DNA of 64,000 nt from a virus. How positions within the stretch are numbered: the first letter of the stretch is position 1; each line of letters starts with the position of its first letter. The notes under the pieces were generated by a model. The model was given only the letters and a program-made list of their open reading frames with translations, searched no databases and had not been told where the DNA came from. The stretch covers positions 96,001-160,000 of the IMG/VR virus record IMGVR_UViG_3300044614_002195, one strand, 5' to 3'. This document shows, piece by piece, positions 54,113 through 63,510 of the stretch. A program made the position numbers and the translations under genes.

Positions 54113-55879
54113 TTATTGCTGTGGTGCTCCTGCGGCTTGTTGTTTTGCTCCTTGTAATCCTTGTGATCTAGATTGCGAGGTCATTTGCTCAAGCTGTGAT
54201 TTTACCTGAGCATACAGCTCCTGATCTTGCGCCTTAATCTGCTGTAATTGCGCTCTTCTTTGTGCTCCATCTAAGGGAAATAGCTGCTGTGCGATCTGCT
54301 GCGCCTGCTGCAGTGCATCCTGTGGCGTCATTGCCTGCTGACCTCCTGCTGCTCCAGCTCCTCCTTGTTGTTGACCTCCCTGAAGCATTTGCATCAGAGA
54401 TTGATTTGTGGAATCAGCGATTTGCTGGCGCTCTTGCTCTTCCTTCTGAAGATCTTGAGTGATCTTATCTTCTTCCATCTTTTTCTTAACCTGATCCGAA
54501 TAATCGAAGTTGTAGAGCTTGAGCAATTCGCTTCTCGCAATAGCGTTGGCTGAAACAAGCTGACCAACAATACCCTTGCGTTCAATATCATCAGAAAAGG
54601 TGATAGGGATGAGAGATATTTTGGCTTTTGGTAAGCCTAAAATATTACTTATAACTTCTCCAATATGGTTTAACAGGATATTGTAATTGCTTGGGACGAC
54701 ACTCCAGGCATTCTCAAACATCCTAAGCATAGGCCCTGCGGCTTGCTGCTGGAAACTCATCTGGAACATTTCCACAGGTACATCCAGTGCATTTAGAATA
54801 GCATTTCTTGCGTTTTCCATCATCTCTACAGGGGCCAGTTTTGTTCCTTCGCCTCCTAGTTGCTGGTAGTTAATCGGAAAAGCAAATTTGTGGTATGAAC
54901 CAGGATCTCTCCTGTGTTCATCAATCATATTATCCACAGCATTACTCCAAACAGCCCCGTTCTGGTTTAATAGAGGGTTGGCCGCAGGGTTGTTAGAGTC
55001 TCCCATAGATATCACCCTAAATGGAGCAATGTCTTCAAAACAAATTACCTCGTTATAGCGTTTCAAAGTTTGAAGCATGAATAAATCTTCAAATATAAAC
55101 ATGCTTGGAGGAATAGCCTTACCGTCGGTTCTGATGGTGCTAGGGGTATCCAGCTTCAAATGCACAAAGTTTTTAGTGTTAAACGCCAGCATTGTCTTGT
55201 TAAAGACGCAGTCGAAGACTACTTTTGGCGTTTTCTTGCTATAAAACTTATTGTTTTTTGTAATTACTTTTTTAGCGTATTGCTGAGGGATATCCCAGAA
55301 ATATTCAGATTCTCCAGTAGTTTCTTCGTATCTAATTTTTATTTCTTTGGCAGGCCAGTGTACAACATGAATTTTTTCTATGTCATTCGCAGGTTTATCT
55401 ACACATTTATGCTCACCTTTATAGTTGCACTTGAGACAAGCCATCATATACTTGCCTTTATTGAACTCAAAGTTGTTAAGTTTATCTATATTAGAGGTCT
55501 TGTTACAGTTAGGGCAGGATAGATAGCGATGAAACCCTTGGTTAACAGTCACGAACTCATTACCATAAGCCAGTAAGTTTAAACCAGCCTTAGAGCATAT
55601 CTTTTTCCACTGAAGCTTATCTAAAGTTTCTTGATAAGTTTTCTTTGCTTCTTCGTCATCGCATTCAATGGTGAGAGAAGTAATAAAATAGTTAGCAATT
55701 CTATTAAGTGCCTGCTTATAGAATCCATTTCTGAAAAGAAAGTGCTCTGCCCACAAAAGCATCCCCTCGATGTTCATCGGAAGATACTGCAGCGGCACAT
55801 TATAGAATGGGTTGGAATAACGGTCTCTACCGTTGTCTCCCACTTTGAAATAACTTTGAGGATCGTCTGGCGTAGTCAT
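54113..55879 (-). CDS. Putative portal protein
   Basis: 588 aa; helical N-region ALNRIANYF, GLNLLAYGNEFV, VHWP..I, HLK, Q-rich tail; size and context fit a portal. Confidence 0.6.
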   Translation of the reverse strand: MTTPDDPQSYFKVGDNGRDRYSNPFYNVPLQYLPMNIEGMLLWAEHFLFRNGFYKQALNRIANYFITSLTIECDDEEAKKTYQETLDKLQWKKICSKAGLNLLAYGNEFVTVNQGFHRYLSCPNCNKTSNIDKLNNFEFNKGKYMMACLKCNYKGEHKCVDKPANDIEKIHVVHWPAKEIKIRYEETTGESEYFWDIPQQYAKKVITKNNKFYSKKTPKVVFDCVFNKTMLAFNTKNFVHLKLDTPSTIRTDGKAIPPSMFIFEDLFMLQTLKRYNEVICFEDIAPFRVISMGDSNNPAANPLLNQNGAVWSNAVDNMIDEHRRDPGSYHKFAFPINYQQLGGEGTKLAPVEMMENARNAILNALDVPVEMFQMSFQQQAAGPMLRMFENAWSVVPSNYNILLNHIGEVISNILGLPKAKISLIPITFSDDIERKGIVGQLVSANAIARSELLKLYNFDYSDQVKKKMEEDKITQDLQKEEQERQQIADSTNQSLMQMLQGGQQQGGAGAAGGQQAMTPQDALQQAQQIAQQLFPLDGAQRRAQLQQIKAQDQELYAQVKSQLEQMTSQSRSQGLQGAKQQAAGAPQQ

Positions 55880-56041
55880 TTATTTTTCTTGTTTCAAATT
55901 CTCTATTGCTTGAGGATTTTTAAGTTTTTCTTTGTTTTTGTCGTCAGCAACTAAAAAACCGTCCTTGTCATACCATTCAGCTTTTTTGGTGTTGTCAAAG
56001 TCACTTAGAGACTTGTCTGTGAGCATTCCATTTTTTTCCAT
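55880..56041 (-). CDS. 53-aa hypothetical protein
   Basis: MEKNGMLTDKS...LKQEK, translated by hand; TAA abuts the portal ATG. Confidence 0.6.
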   Translation of the reverse strand: MEKNGMLTDKSLSDFDNTKKAEWYDKDGFLVADDKNKEKLKNPQAIENLKQEK

Positions 56042-56045
56042 AATA

Positions 56046-56651
56046 TTATTCTTGATTTTCTGTAGGTATTTTAAATAGAATCATAATCTTTTTAACCGAA
56101 TCTGGCCAGTCAAAAGTCACCCCAGGGTAATACACGTCATGTTTGCGCTTGTACTGATCATATAACGCTAGAGTTTCTCCTATCTTAGGCTCAAAAACTA
56201 CGTCATCTTCGTTTTTAAATACAAGCATGAAGGCTTGCTCATGTTCCACCAAGCTTTCTACCTTTGCTTTCATCTTACCGAAGGCATTTTCAAACTGTAT
56301 GGTGACTAGCTGCACTTCGGGCGGTGGAATAAATTGCTCTTGAGAATAAAAAGAATCCGCAGTCTCAGCTAATTTACGCTTAGACCATGAATTTTCTGAA
56401 GTTTTTTTAATTTCTTTTTTCTTTGCTGATTTATTGCCTGGTGACTGTACCTTTTTTCCTCCGTTCCTGGTAAGAGACTGCATGATTTCTTGCTGCTGAG
56501 CTTCAAGATCTGCCTCGGATCCGTAAATAAATGTACCTGCACTGTTTATTTTAGCTCCTGTAGCAGAATAAACAGATTTACTTGGATCTGAAGAACCTAT
56601 AACTAAATCTCCGGTTCTAAACATATCTGAATTGTTGTATTGCATAGCCAT
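56046..56651 (-). CDS. Hypothetical protein
   Basis: 201 aa with a C-terminal beta domain. Confidence 0.65.
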   Translation of the reverse strand: MAMQYNNSDMFRTGDLVIGSSDPSKSVYSATGAKINSAGTFIYGSEADLEAQQQEIMQSLTRNGGKKVQSPGNKSAKKKEIKKTSENSWSKRKLAETADSFYSQEQFIPPPEVQLVTIQFENAFGKMKAKVESLVEHEQAFMLVFKNEDDVVFEPKIGETLALYDQYKRKHDVYYPGVTFDWPDSVKKIMILFKIPTENQE

Positions 56652-56726
56652 ATTTTTATTAATTTTGCTCTTAGGACAACTTAATGTATAATAACTAGAT
56701 AAAATGGCAACATCTTTGTACTTAAA

Positions 56727-57992
56727 ATGAGAAAAAGCATCCAGATATCTAAGCGGAGCACAATCTATATACCCGACATATCATCTTTTAAGCTGGTCGT
56801 AGAGACTTTGAACGCTGAGAATATGTCGGACAAAATTTTTGTCAACCAGAGAATAAGAAATTTTGCGAAAGAGCAGTTCGATGACACCTTTGTTGCTGTT
56901 TGCACCCCTGTACAATTAGAGGATTTTGCAGAAGATTCACCAGAAGAGGACACATCTTTCTACAGAACAAACAGCATTGAGCTTATAGGTAGAACTCCAG
57001 AATATTTACAGACAGTTTTTGAATCTTTGGTGTATGAAGTTAAAAAATTGGTACTGGATTTAGAGCAGTTAGACTCTTTAAGTGAGGCTGAGATTTATAC
57101 TATTACTTCAGAAGAAGAAATTTTGATGACTCCTAGTGCTCCAACCATAACAGCCGCAGAAGGCGGCAATGGAGAAATCGCAGTGTATTTTACACCTCCA
57201 GAAAGCAATGGAGGATCTGTAATAATTAACTACGAATATACTTTAAATGACGGTTTTTCTTGGGTCAGTAGATCTCCTGTGAGTGTTTCCTCTCCATTGA
57301 AAATTTATGGACTAGAAAATAACAGTATATACAGAATAAAACTCAGAGCAGCAAACAAAACAGGCGCAGGACTATCTTCTGCAAAAGTTTATGCAGCGCC
57401 CACTTTACCAGGCGTGCCGAATTCTCCTGTAATAATTGGTGTGTATACTGATGTTGACGACAGTTTAGCTATAGAATTTAACCGACCTATAAGTACCGGA
57501 GGAAGCACTATCACTGGCTATCAGTATAGTCTTGATGCTGGAGATACATGGCAGGAAGGCTCTAGCGCACTTAAAATTAATGTAACAAACATCGTATTAA
57601 ACCAAACGTACTATGTAAGTGTGCGAGCTAAAACAAGCACAATTGGGGTATATGGAGCAAAATCAACGCCAGTACAGTACGAAAAACGAGGTATAGTGGG
57701 TAGCTTGTTTACAGGCAGCGAAGATAGCAATTGGAGTAATTTAAACAACTGGACTTCTCAATCAGGTGCAGCCGCTTCAAGTTATCCTCAATCTACTACC
57801 GCTGTAACGTTAGATGCAGATTGTGTTGTAGATGTGGATGCGCAGTCATGGATCGAGCCAGCGGCAATAACTATCGGGGAATATAACATAGTATTTAATT
57901 CCTCGCTTGAGCCCCATCCTATTATTTCATGCGATATAACCGCCACTACAGGAACTGTAACATTTAATGGAGTAGATTACGGAGCACTATGA
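56727..57992 (+). CDS. Virion-type protein with two fibronectin type III domains
   Basis: APTIT..GNG..V.FTPP.SNGGS.I.NYEY...GLEN...Y.I.LRA.N..G, twice; C-terminal G...NWSNLNNW motif. Confidence 0.8.
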   Translation: MRKSIQISKRSTIYIPDISSFKLVVETLNAENMSDKIFVNQRIRNFAKEQFDDTFVAVCTPVQLEDFAEDSPEEDTSFYRTNSIELIGRTPEYLQTVFESLVYEVKKLVLDLEQLDSLSEAEIYTITSEEEILMTPSAPTITAAEGGNGEIAVYFTPPESNGGSVIINYEYTLNDGFSWVSRSPVSVSSPLKIYGLENNSIYRIKLRAANKTGAGLSSAKVYAAPTLPGVPNSPVIIGVYTDVDDSLAIEFNRPISTGGSTITGYQYSLDAGDTWQEGSSALKINVTNIVLNQTYYVSVRAKTSTIGVYGAKSTPVQYEKRGIVGSLFTGSEDSNWSNLNNWTSQSGAAASSYPQSTTAVTLDADCVVDVDAQSWIEPAAITIGEYNIVFNSSLEPHPIISCDITATTGTVTFNGVDYGAL

Positions 57993-59215
57993 GTACAATA
58001 ATAGGAAACACAGAGTTTAATAACAGCAATAACAATGGCGCTGTGACGGGCGAGGCAGTCTTTAACGGTGACAGTACAAACGTAGGTATTGTAGTGGGAG
58101 ACGCTTATTTTTCAGATACATCGACTAACACAGGCACAATTGACGGCAATGCTGCTTTTTATGATACAGCTGTAAACAGCGGTGAGGTAATAGAAGCTGC
58201 TGCATTTTTGGGTGAAGCTCAAAATAATGGTGAGATAGGACAGACCATGACTGAGCCGGAGATTACAGCGCAACCCCAGACTGTAAAAAAATTATCTGGC
58301 ACAGGAAATGCGGAATTTTCAATTTCTGGTGAAGGCGCAATGTTAAATTGTAACTGGACAAATGGTTCTTGCGGTGGGCCTTACGGTAAATATGCAGAAT
58401 ATAGGGTAATTACAATAGACGATCCAGGCCAGGGCCAATCAAGGGCTTGCGATGTGCTTTGCAAACTTGAAAATCCTGCAGGTCAAACTACAGGAAACCT
58501 GGCTTTATGTATTTTTGGTGTTTTTCCTAGCGTGGATTTCACGCAGAACCCAGGAAACATAACTGTAGATGAATATACTGATGTGACTTTGAATTTAAAT
58601 GGCACAAGCAATGACGATAAAGTATTATTAACTCTGGTAAACGCCGGAAATAACGCGATAATTACGTCAGGCACAGAAATTAGTGTTACAAATGGAAGTT
58701 ACAACGTACAAAACGTAGTAGTTGCCGCACAAGTACCCTTCTCTGCAAATAATACTAGCGTTAGAGTTAGAGTATCTGATTCTTTTGGTGAAAACTATTC
58801 ACAGCCATTTATGTTGTTTGTAAACGACATGACGTTTGATCCACAAATAATTCAACAGCCTCAAAGTGTAGAGGCTTATCCAGGGCAAACAGTATCATTT
58901 ACAATTGTAGCAAGCGACGCTGTAGATTTCTATAAATGGTTGCTGTTTAATGCGAACAACCCACCTTTAAATTTGATGGAGCTCTCTATCCCCGCAGCAT
59001 GGAGTCCTGTTGGAGAAAATACATCCACACTCACAGTCACAATACCTGAAGGTTTACCTCTAGGCTATTACGACCCTAACAATATAGGAGGTTTATGTTT
59101 TCATTGCTTTATCTCGCATCCAGACTCACCGGGAGACGGGACTGGTGCAAAAATACCGCTCATGTCATATCCTGCATGTATGACTATCATTGAGCCTCCT
59201 CAACCGCCGGAATAA
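57989..59215 (+). CDS. Beta-helix repeat plus Ig-like domain protein (adhesin or tail accessory)
   Basis: Five ~16-aa repeats VxGxAxFxxxSxNxG; ITAQPQ and IIQQPQSV...G.TVSFTI.A...YKW Ig motifs. Confidence 0.7.
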   Translation: MSTIIGNTEFNNSNNNGAVTGEAVFNGDSTNVGIVVGDAYFSDTSTNTGTIDGNAAFYDTAVNSGEVIEAAAFLGEAQNNGEIGQTMTEPEITAQPQTVKKLSGTGNAEFSISGEGAMLNCNWTNGSCGGPYGKYAEYRVITIDDPGQGQSRACDVLCKLENPAGQTTGNLALCIFGVFPSVDFTQNPGNITVDEYTDVTLNLNGTSNDDKVLLTLVNAGNNAIITSGTEISVTNGSYNVQNVVVAAQVPFSANNTSVRVRVSDSFGENYSQPFMLFVNDMTFDPQIIQQPQSVEAYPGQTVSFTIVASDAVDFYKWLLFNANNPPLNLMELSIPAAWSPVGENTSTLTVTIPEGLPLGYYDPNNIGGLCFHCFISHPDSPGDGTGAKIPLMSYPACMTIIEPPQPPE

Positions 59216-59373
59216 CGTAAAAAGTCTTTGCACAATTCAAATAGTTGGTTATATTTCTGGATACAGCGAACACAGTGTTTGACTGTACAAGAGGTGTACA
59301 AATTGTATATCTCTTGAAATTAAGTAATTACGCAAATTTCTGAAAAAAATCAGTTGTTTGCAAAAATAAAAAA

Positions 59374-60870
59374 ATGACCAGAACAACACTAATCAAGCAT
59401 TGTCTAAAGCTGCAAAAACAAAAAAAAGGTGTAGCTTCGTATTTAAAAACACAGGGATACAGTAGTAGAGAAATTGCTGATATTCAAAGAGATATGCAAG
59501 GAAAGCGGAAAGAAGTTAAGACAAAAGCAGCCAATATTGAGTTAGAGGATGACAAGTCCTGGAAGACCGGGCTAAAGTTCACAAAGAAGTACGTTTACAA
59601 CAAAGAAGACGACAAGTATGTCATGTATCTTAAGGCAGCCAACAACAACATAGTGTTACCTGGAGATACTGTTAGGGGAATTGTGAAGAACTACTCTAAT
59701 TGGTGTGGCAAAGAAAACAGCATCAACGAGCTTTGTCGTAACTACAAAATACCTAGAGCCTATTTTAATGAACTAAGAGATATTCTTGAAATCACTCACG
59801 ACTCAGAACCTATAACAAAAGAAGAACTGCAAGAGCGTGATGTAGATGAAATTGCTGAAGATTTGCTGCAGCAAAAAAGATTTCAGCTGCATCAAGAATT
59901 CCAGAAGCGTAGCTGGGAACAGACTGAAGAAGCTGCGTCTAAATGGTTCAAGATGCAGGAAGGCGTATATAACCCGTTCACGAATTTCCTTAACTCATGG
60001 AAGCCTCAAAAATATACACCTGTTAAATACTCTGGACCTGTTAAAAAAAATAAGCCTAGTAAGAAAGCATTGATTGTGGGACTCAGTGACGTCCATTTTG
60101 GGGCAAAATCAAATCCTAAAGATTCTTATAGGAACAAAGGTTATAGTACACAAGAAGCAGTCGAATGCTTGGATGTTTACGCTAAAGGTATTAAAGATAT
60201 TGTAGAAGAAAGGAATTACACATTTGATGAATGTGTGCTTACTTCACTAGGAGATATCCTCCATACCACAGGTTCAGGCTTCACAACAAAAGGAACAATG
60301 CTTGTACATGACTGCGTTAAAGAAGAGCAATTTAATGCTGCTTTTGAGAGTATTTCAAAGCTAATCATGAATTTGCTTTCCTTATTTCCGAAAGTACATG
60401 TGAAGAGTGTAAAGGGTAACCATAATGACTTTGGTGACTATGTTTTATTTAAGGCTCTTGAATGTTATTTCAGAGCAGAGAAGCGTATCACTTTCGATGT
60501 GTTCCAGTCTGACCACGGGCTGTTTAAAATTAACAAATGCTTGTTTATTATTTCCCATGGATACAGTGCAGAATATAAAGGGCGAATTCCTGCTCAGGGA
60601 AAAGCTAGAGAAAGCTATATTGCCAATCTATTCCTGAGTAAGCCTGAAACATTGTTAGATGTAAGCCAGAAAGTACTTCTCACTGCAGATCAGCATCATC
60701 TTGAAATGCGTGAGTATAGCGAGTTCGAGCACTATATGCTTTCTACTACAGTTAGAGGAGACAAGCATAGCGAAGCTATGGGTCTCAATAATAAACCAAG
60801 ACAATCTTGTTTTGTTGTAGACAACGACGGCATTAAAGAGATAGTTTATTGCTATGGTAAAGGTAATTAA
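59374..60870 (+). CDS. Metallophosphoesterase with long N-terminal extension
   Basis: LSDVHFG, GDIL, GNHND, SHG, DQHH. Confidence 0.82.
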   Translation: MTRTTLIKHCLKLQKQKKGVASYLKTQGYSSREIADIQRDMQGKRKEVKTKAANIELEDDKSWKTGLKFTKKYVYNKEDDKYVMYLKAANNNIVLPGDTVRGIVKNYSNWCGKENSINELCRNYKIPRAYFNELRDILEITHDSEPITKEELQERDVDEIAEDLLQQKRFQLHQEFQKRSWEQTEEAASKWFKMQEGVYNPFTNFLNSWKPQKYTPVKYSGPVKKNKPSKKALIVGLSDVHFGAKSNPKDSYRNKGYSTQEAVECLDVYAKGIKDIVEERNYTFDECVLTSLGDILHTTGSGFTTKGTMLVHDCVKEEQFNAAFESISKLIMNLLSLFPKVHVKSVKGNHNDFGDYVLFKALECYFRAEKRITFDVFQSDHGLFKINKCLFIISHGYSAEYKGRIPAQGKARESYIANLFLSKPETLLDVSQKVLLTADQHHLEMREYSEFEHYMLSTTVRGDKHSEAMGLNNKPRQSCFVVDNDGIKEIVYCYGKGN

Positions 60871-61255
60871 ACTATCGCTAATCCTATTAGCGGTAACGTG
60901 CTTAGGACTTACACTGAATCAAGATTACCACATCACAGACAACTCTGGTGTGGTAATTCCTGGTCAACTTGTATATGCCGCCACAGGAGCTACAGTAACG
61001 ATAAGAAGAACAGATGGTTTTCTGTATGTAGGTAAAATTACAGAAGTACAAGAATCAGCTGAAGGCTTTAAGGTTTACGGTCAAATTGACAATGTGGACG
61101 ACAGCTTCTTCGGTTTTTCCATATCAAAAGGCGGAGTATTTGCGGGCGCAATTGTAGAAAGATCAGCTAATAAAACTTATGTGCTAGAGTTTAGCTTAGA
61201 ACATAAAGGTTATATCTTTTTAAGAACGCTGAAGTACGACAAAACTTTCGCATAG
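60854..61255 (+). CDS. Secreted hypothetical protein
   Basis: Signal peptide followed by a beta-rich domain. Confidence 0.6.
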   Translation: MVKVIKLSLILLAVTCLGLTLNQDYHITDNSGVVIPGQLVYAATGATVTIRRTDGFLYVGKITEVQESAEGFKVYGQIDNVDDSFFGFSISKGGVFAGAIVERSANKTYVLEFSLEHKGYIFLRTLKYDKTFA

Positions 61256-61280
61256 AGGACAAAATTATTTTGTTCTTTTT

Positions 61281-61297
61281 TTGGTATAATATATTGA
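61281..61297 (+). promoter_or_regulatory. Promoter motif TTGGTATAATATATTGA
   Basis: Upstream of the second tRNA cluster; identical to 49188-49204. Confidence 0.65.
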
Positions 61298-61320
61298 TAG
61301 AGCAATCTATTAAAGCTTTC

Positions 61321-61396
61321 GGGATTGTAGCTCAATGGTCAGAGCAGGCGACTCATAATCGCTTGGTTGGGGGTTCGAATCCCTCCAGTCCCACCA
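61321..61396 (+). tRNA. tRNA-Ile2(CAT, lysidine type)
   Basis: Anticodon arm AGAGCAGGCGACTCATAATCGCTTGGT as in bacterial tRNA-Ile2; paired G1-C72; CCA. Confidence 0.85.
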
Positions 61397-61407
61397 TTTT
61401 TTGATTA

Positions 61408-61495
61408 GGCTAAGTGGCGAAATGGCAGACGCAACGGACTTAAAATCCGTTGAGGAGCAATCCTCGTGAGGGTTCGAGTCCCTCCTTAGCTACCA
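61408..61495 (+). tRNA. tRNA-Leu(TAA)
   Basis: GGCTAAG/CTTAGCT, loop CTTAAAA, long variable arm, CCA. Confidence 0.93.
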
Positions 61496-61504
61496 TTTTA
61501 ATAT

Positions 61505-61564
61505 ATGTATTTACTCGTAATAGCCGCCATAGCCGTAACAATTTTCAACATCAGTAAGAAATAA
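61505..61564 (+). CDS. 19-aa hydrophobic micro-ORF between tRNAs
   Basis: MYLLVIAAIAVTIFNISKK. Confidence 0.35.
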   Translation: MYLLVIAAIAVTIFNISKK

Positions 61565-61570
61565 CTTTCT

Positions 61571-61647
61571 GTGCCTGTAGCTCAGCTGGATAGAGCAACG
61601 GATTTCTAATCCGTTGGTCGCAGGTTCAAATCCTGCCAGGCACGCCA
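61571..61647 (+). tRNA. tRNA-Arg(TCT)
   Basis: GTGCCTG/CAGGCAC, loop TTTCTAA, CCA. Confidence 0.93.
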
Positions 61648-61652
61648 TTTTT

Positions 61653-61880
61653 ATGAATATCATCATATCTTTGATTATATTGACCGTATTTGGTCTTACT
61701 ATAATATTTGCGCCATTTGCTCTGGTATGGGCAATCAATGTTCTATTCGATCTGCACAACGAATATAATGTTGTTTCGTGGTTGGCTAGTGTTGTGCTGA
61801 TCGTAACAATGTTAGGAATATTCAAACCCACAAATGCAGAAAAACATCACCGAATCTCAGGAAAAGATTCAGACCCATAA
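61653..61880 (+). CDS. Small membrane protein
   Basis: Start at 61653; two TM segments. Confidence 0.6.
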   Translation: MNIIISLIILTVFGLTIIFAPFALVWAINVLFDLHNEYNVVSWLASVVLIVTMLGIFKPTNAEKHHRISGKDSDP

Positions 61881-62487
61881 ACAAATCAATAAATTTCTTT
61901 TTCCCTGGATTGATCACAACAGGGGTAAAGCTCAAAGCCAAGTGATCACAATGCCTGCCAACTCTGGCAGGCACGAGAACCAGATTCTAGAGTATCTCAA
62001 TCAAGAAAAGTCGAACACGGTGTTAAGGACGTTCGACAAAGACTTTTCTTCAGCCGAGACAGGAATCAATATAAAAGGTAAGTGGGAGCACTACCGAGGC
62101 GATATATTCAGATCGCTGGAAAAAATAAACCCAGCTCCGCAACCAACGGCCGCATGGTTTGATTTCTGTGGAGGACTCACTGAAGACAATAAGATCGGGA
62201 TAGTCCAATCTATAGATAAATTTTTTACGCATGGATCATTGTTGTTTGTAACTTTAGCTGTGAATGCTATTCGCAGTCTTGGCAACAACTCAACAACCCG
62301 TGAGGTATACGAATGTGCCAGCAGTAGCTACGGTAAAATGATCTTAACAGATCAGTTACTTAGGCAAATGGTGGCGAGAACAGGAAAGAAAATAAACCCA
62401 ATAACCGAAACATACACATATAGACGAATGGCGACTACCTTTGCGGTATATAGCTATATAGTCGAATCAACAACACACATCATATGA
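61834..62487 (+). CDS. Hypothetical protein, possible SAM-methyltransferase fold
   Basis: WFDFCGG...GSLLFVT pattern; weak. Confidence 0.4.
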   Translation: MQKNITESQEKIQTHKQINKFLFPWIDHNRGKAQSQVITMPANSGRHENQILEYLNQEKSNTVLRTFDKDFSSAETGINIKGKWEHYRGDIFRSLEKINPAPQPTAAWFDFCGGLTEDNKIGIVQSIDKFFTHGSLLFVTLAVNAIRSLGNNSTTREVYECASSSYGKMILTDQLLRQMVARTGKKINPITETYTYRRMATTFAVYSYIVESTTHII

Positions 62488-63179
62488 AAGAAACATTCAA
62501 CAGCAGAAGTAAGGTAATCTACGCAAAAGCATTGGAGGTAGCCGCAGAAGAGGTGGCTTTCTATCAGAGTAAACTTGAAAAGTCGAAAGAGCTATTCTCA
62601 CTTTGCGAGAGGCTTCTAGGAGGGTTAGATGAGAAAAGGCCGATATTCTACAGAAAGCCTATATCGAAAGATTTTGACATCAAACTAGAGTTTAATAAAG
62701 GGTTTGAAGACGCAATCAACCGTGCAGGTGGAAGAGAAAAGATAGAAAAGGAAATGGCAAAACAGGCCGCTAAATCTCCAATTGTTAGCGGAATATTTCC
62801 TTTTATGTCTCAAGGCGGAGCGTTTACTACAACAGAGCTGGCAGAGAAGACAGGACTATCCAAAAAGTCTGTGCAGAATTGGCTATGCGCCAATAAAAAC
62901 ATGCTTGAGGTTGAGCTGGTTCCTGGTCAGCTTGTTCGTAAACAATATAAACTAGTTAAAAAAAATCTGCCGAGTGCGGAAAAGATTACTGCTTTTGATC
63001 TAATAGAAAAATCCGTTAGCAGCAAACCTTTATCCGTAAAAGAAATTACACATGTTTCAGGAGTAAGTAGTGCAACAGTATTTAGGTGGTTACGACTAAA
63101 TAAAAAACATATTGAGACAGGCAGCAAGCCCTGCGACGGTCGTAAGGGTTGGAGTACACCTACATATAAATTAAAATAA
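62484..63179 (+). CDS. Protein with two HTH domains
   Basis: FTTTELAEKTGLSKKSVQNWL and LSVKEITHVSGVSSATVFRWL. Confidence 0.75.
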   Translation: MKETFNSRSKVIYAKALEVAAEEVAFYQSKLEKSKELFSLCERLLGGLDEKRPIFYRKPISKDFDIKLEFNKGFEDAINRAGGREKIEKEMAKQAAKSPIVSGIFPFMSQGGAFTTTELAEKTGLSKKSVQNWLCANKNMLEVELVPGQLVRKQYKLVKKNLPSAEKITAFDLIEKSVSSKPLSVKEITHVSGVSSATVFRWLRLNKKHIETGSKPCDGRKGWSTPTYKLK

Positions 63180-63180
63180 C

Positions 63181-63456
63181 ATGAGGAATATAGTCGCATC
63201 AGTAGCTATTATTATCTGCCTTTCTCTTGGAGTATGGCAGATAAAAACGGAAGGCCACAAAGAGCAGCAGCCTAGCACCACTGTAACTGAAAGAACAGGC
63301 ATGCAGTGTCCTGCGCTTTACGGTGTGCCTGGAGCTACAGTAGATCAGGATCTTCCCAGCTCAATAAAGCATTGCAAATGTGAGATCGGCGCAATGCTAG
63401 AGCAAAAGGATGGTTCGTTCAGATGTTCGTATTGCGGTAAAACCGAAAACGAATAA
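63181..63456 (+). CDS. Membrane-anchored Cys-rich protein
   Basis: N-terminal TM; C..., CKC, CSYC. Confidence 0.6.
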   Translation: MRNIVASVAIIICLSLGVWQIKTEGHKEQQPSTTVTERTGMQCPALYGVPGATVDQDLPSSIKHCKCEIGAMLEQKDGSFRCSYCGKTENE

Positions 63457-63465
63457 TCAAAAAAT

Positions 63466-63510
63466 GTCCCCACGGGCCTCACTCTCCTTATGGAGGGTGG
63501 GGCTTTTTTT
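63466..63510 (+). terminator. Intrinsic terminator
   Basis: CACTCTCC-TTAT-GGAGGGTG core with flanking GC pairs and a T7 run. Confidence 0.7.

Noticed and set aside
61321-61396. Second tRNA-Met
   Set aside because: Anticodon arm and acceptor match the lysidine-type tRNA-Ile2.
1169-62288. Numerous antisense or nested ORFs in the track (e.g. 3832..4320, 34525..34890, 49284..49718, 55160..55522)
   Set aside because: They lie fully opposite or inside well-supported genes and carry no motifs.
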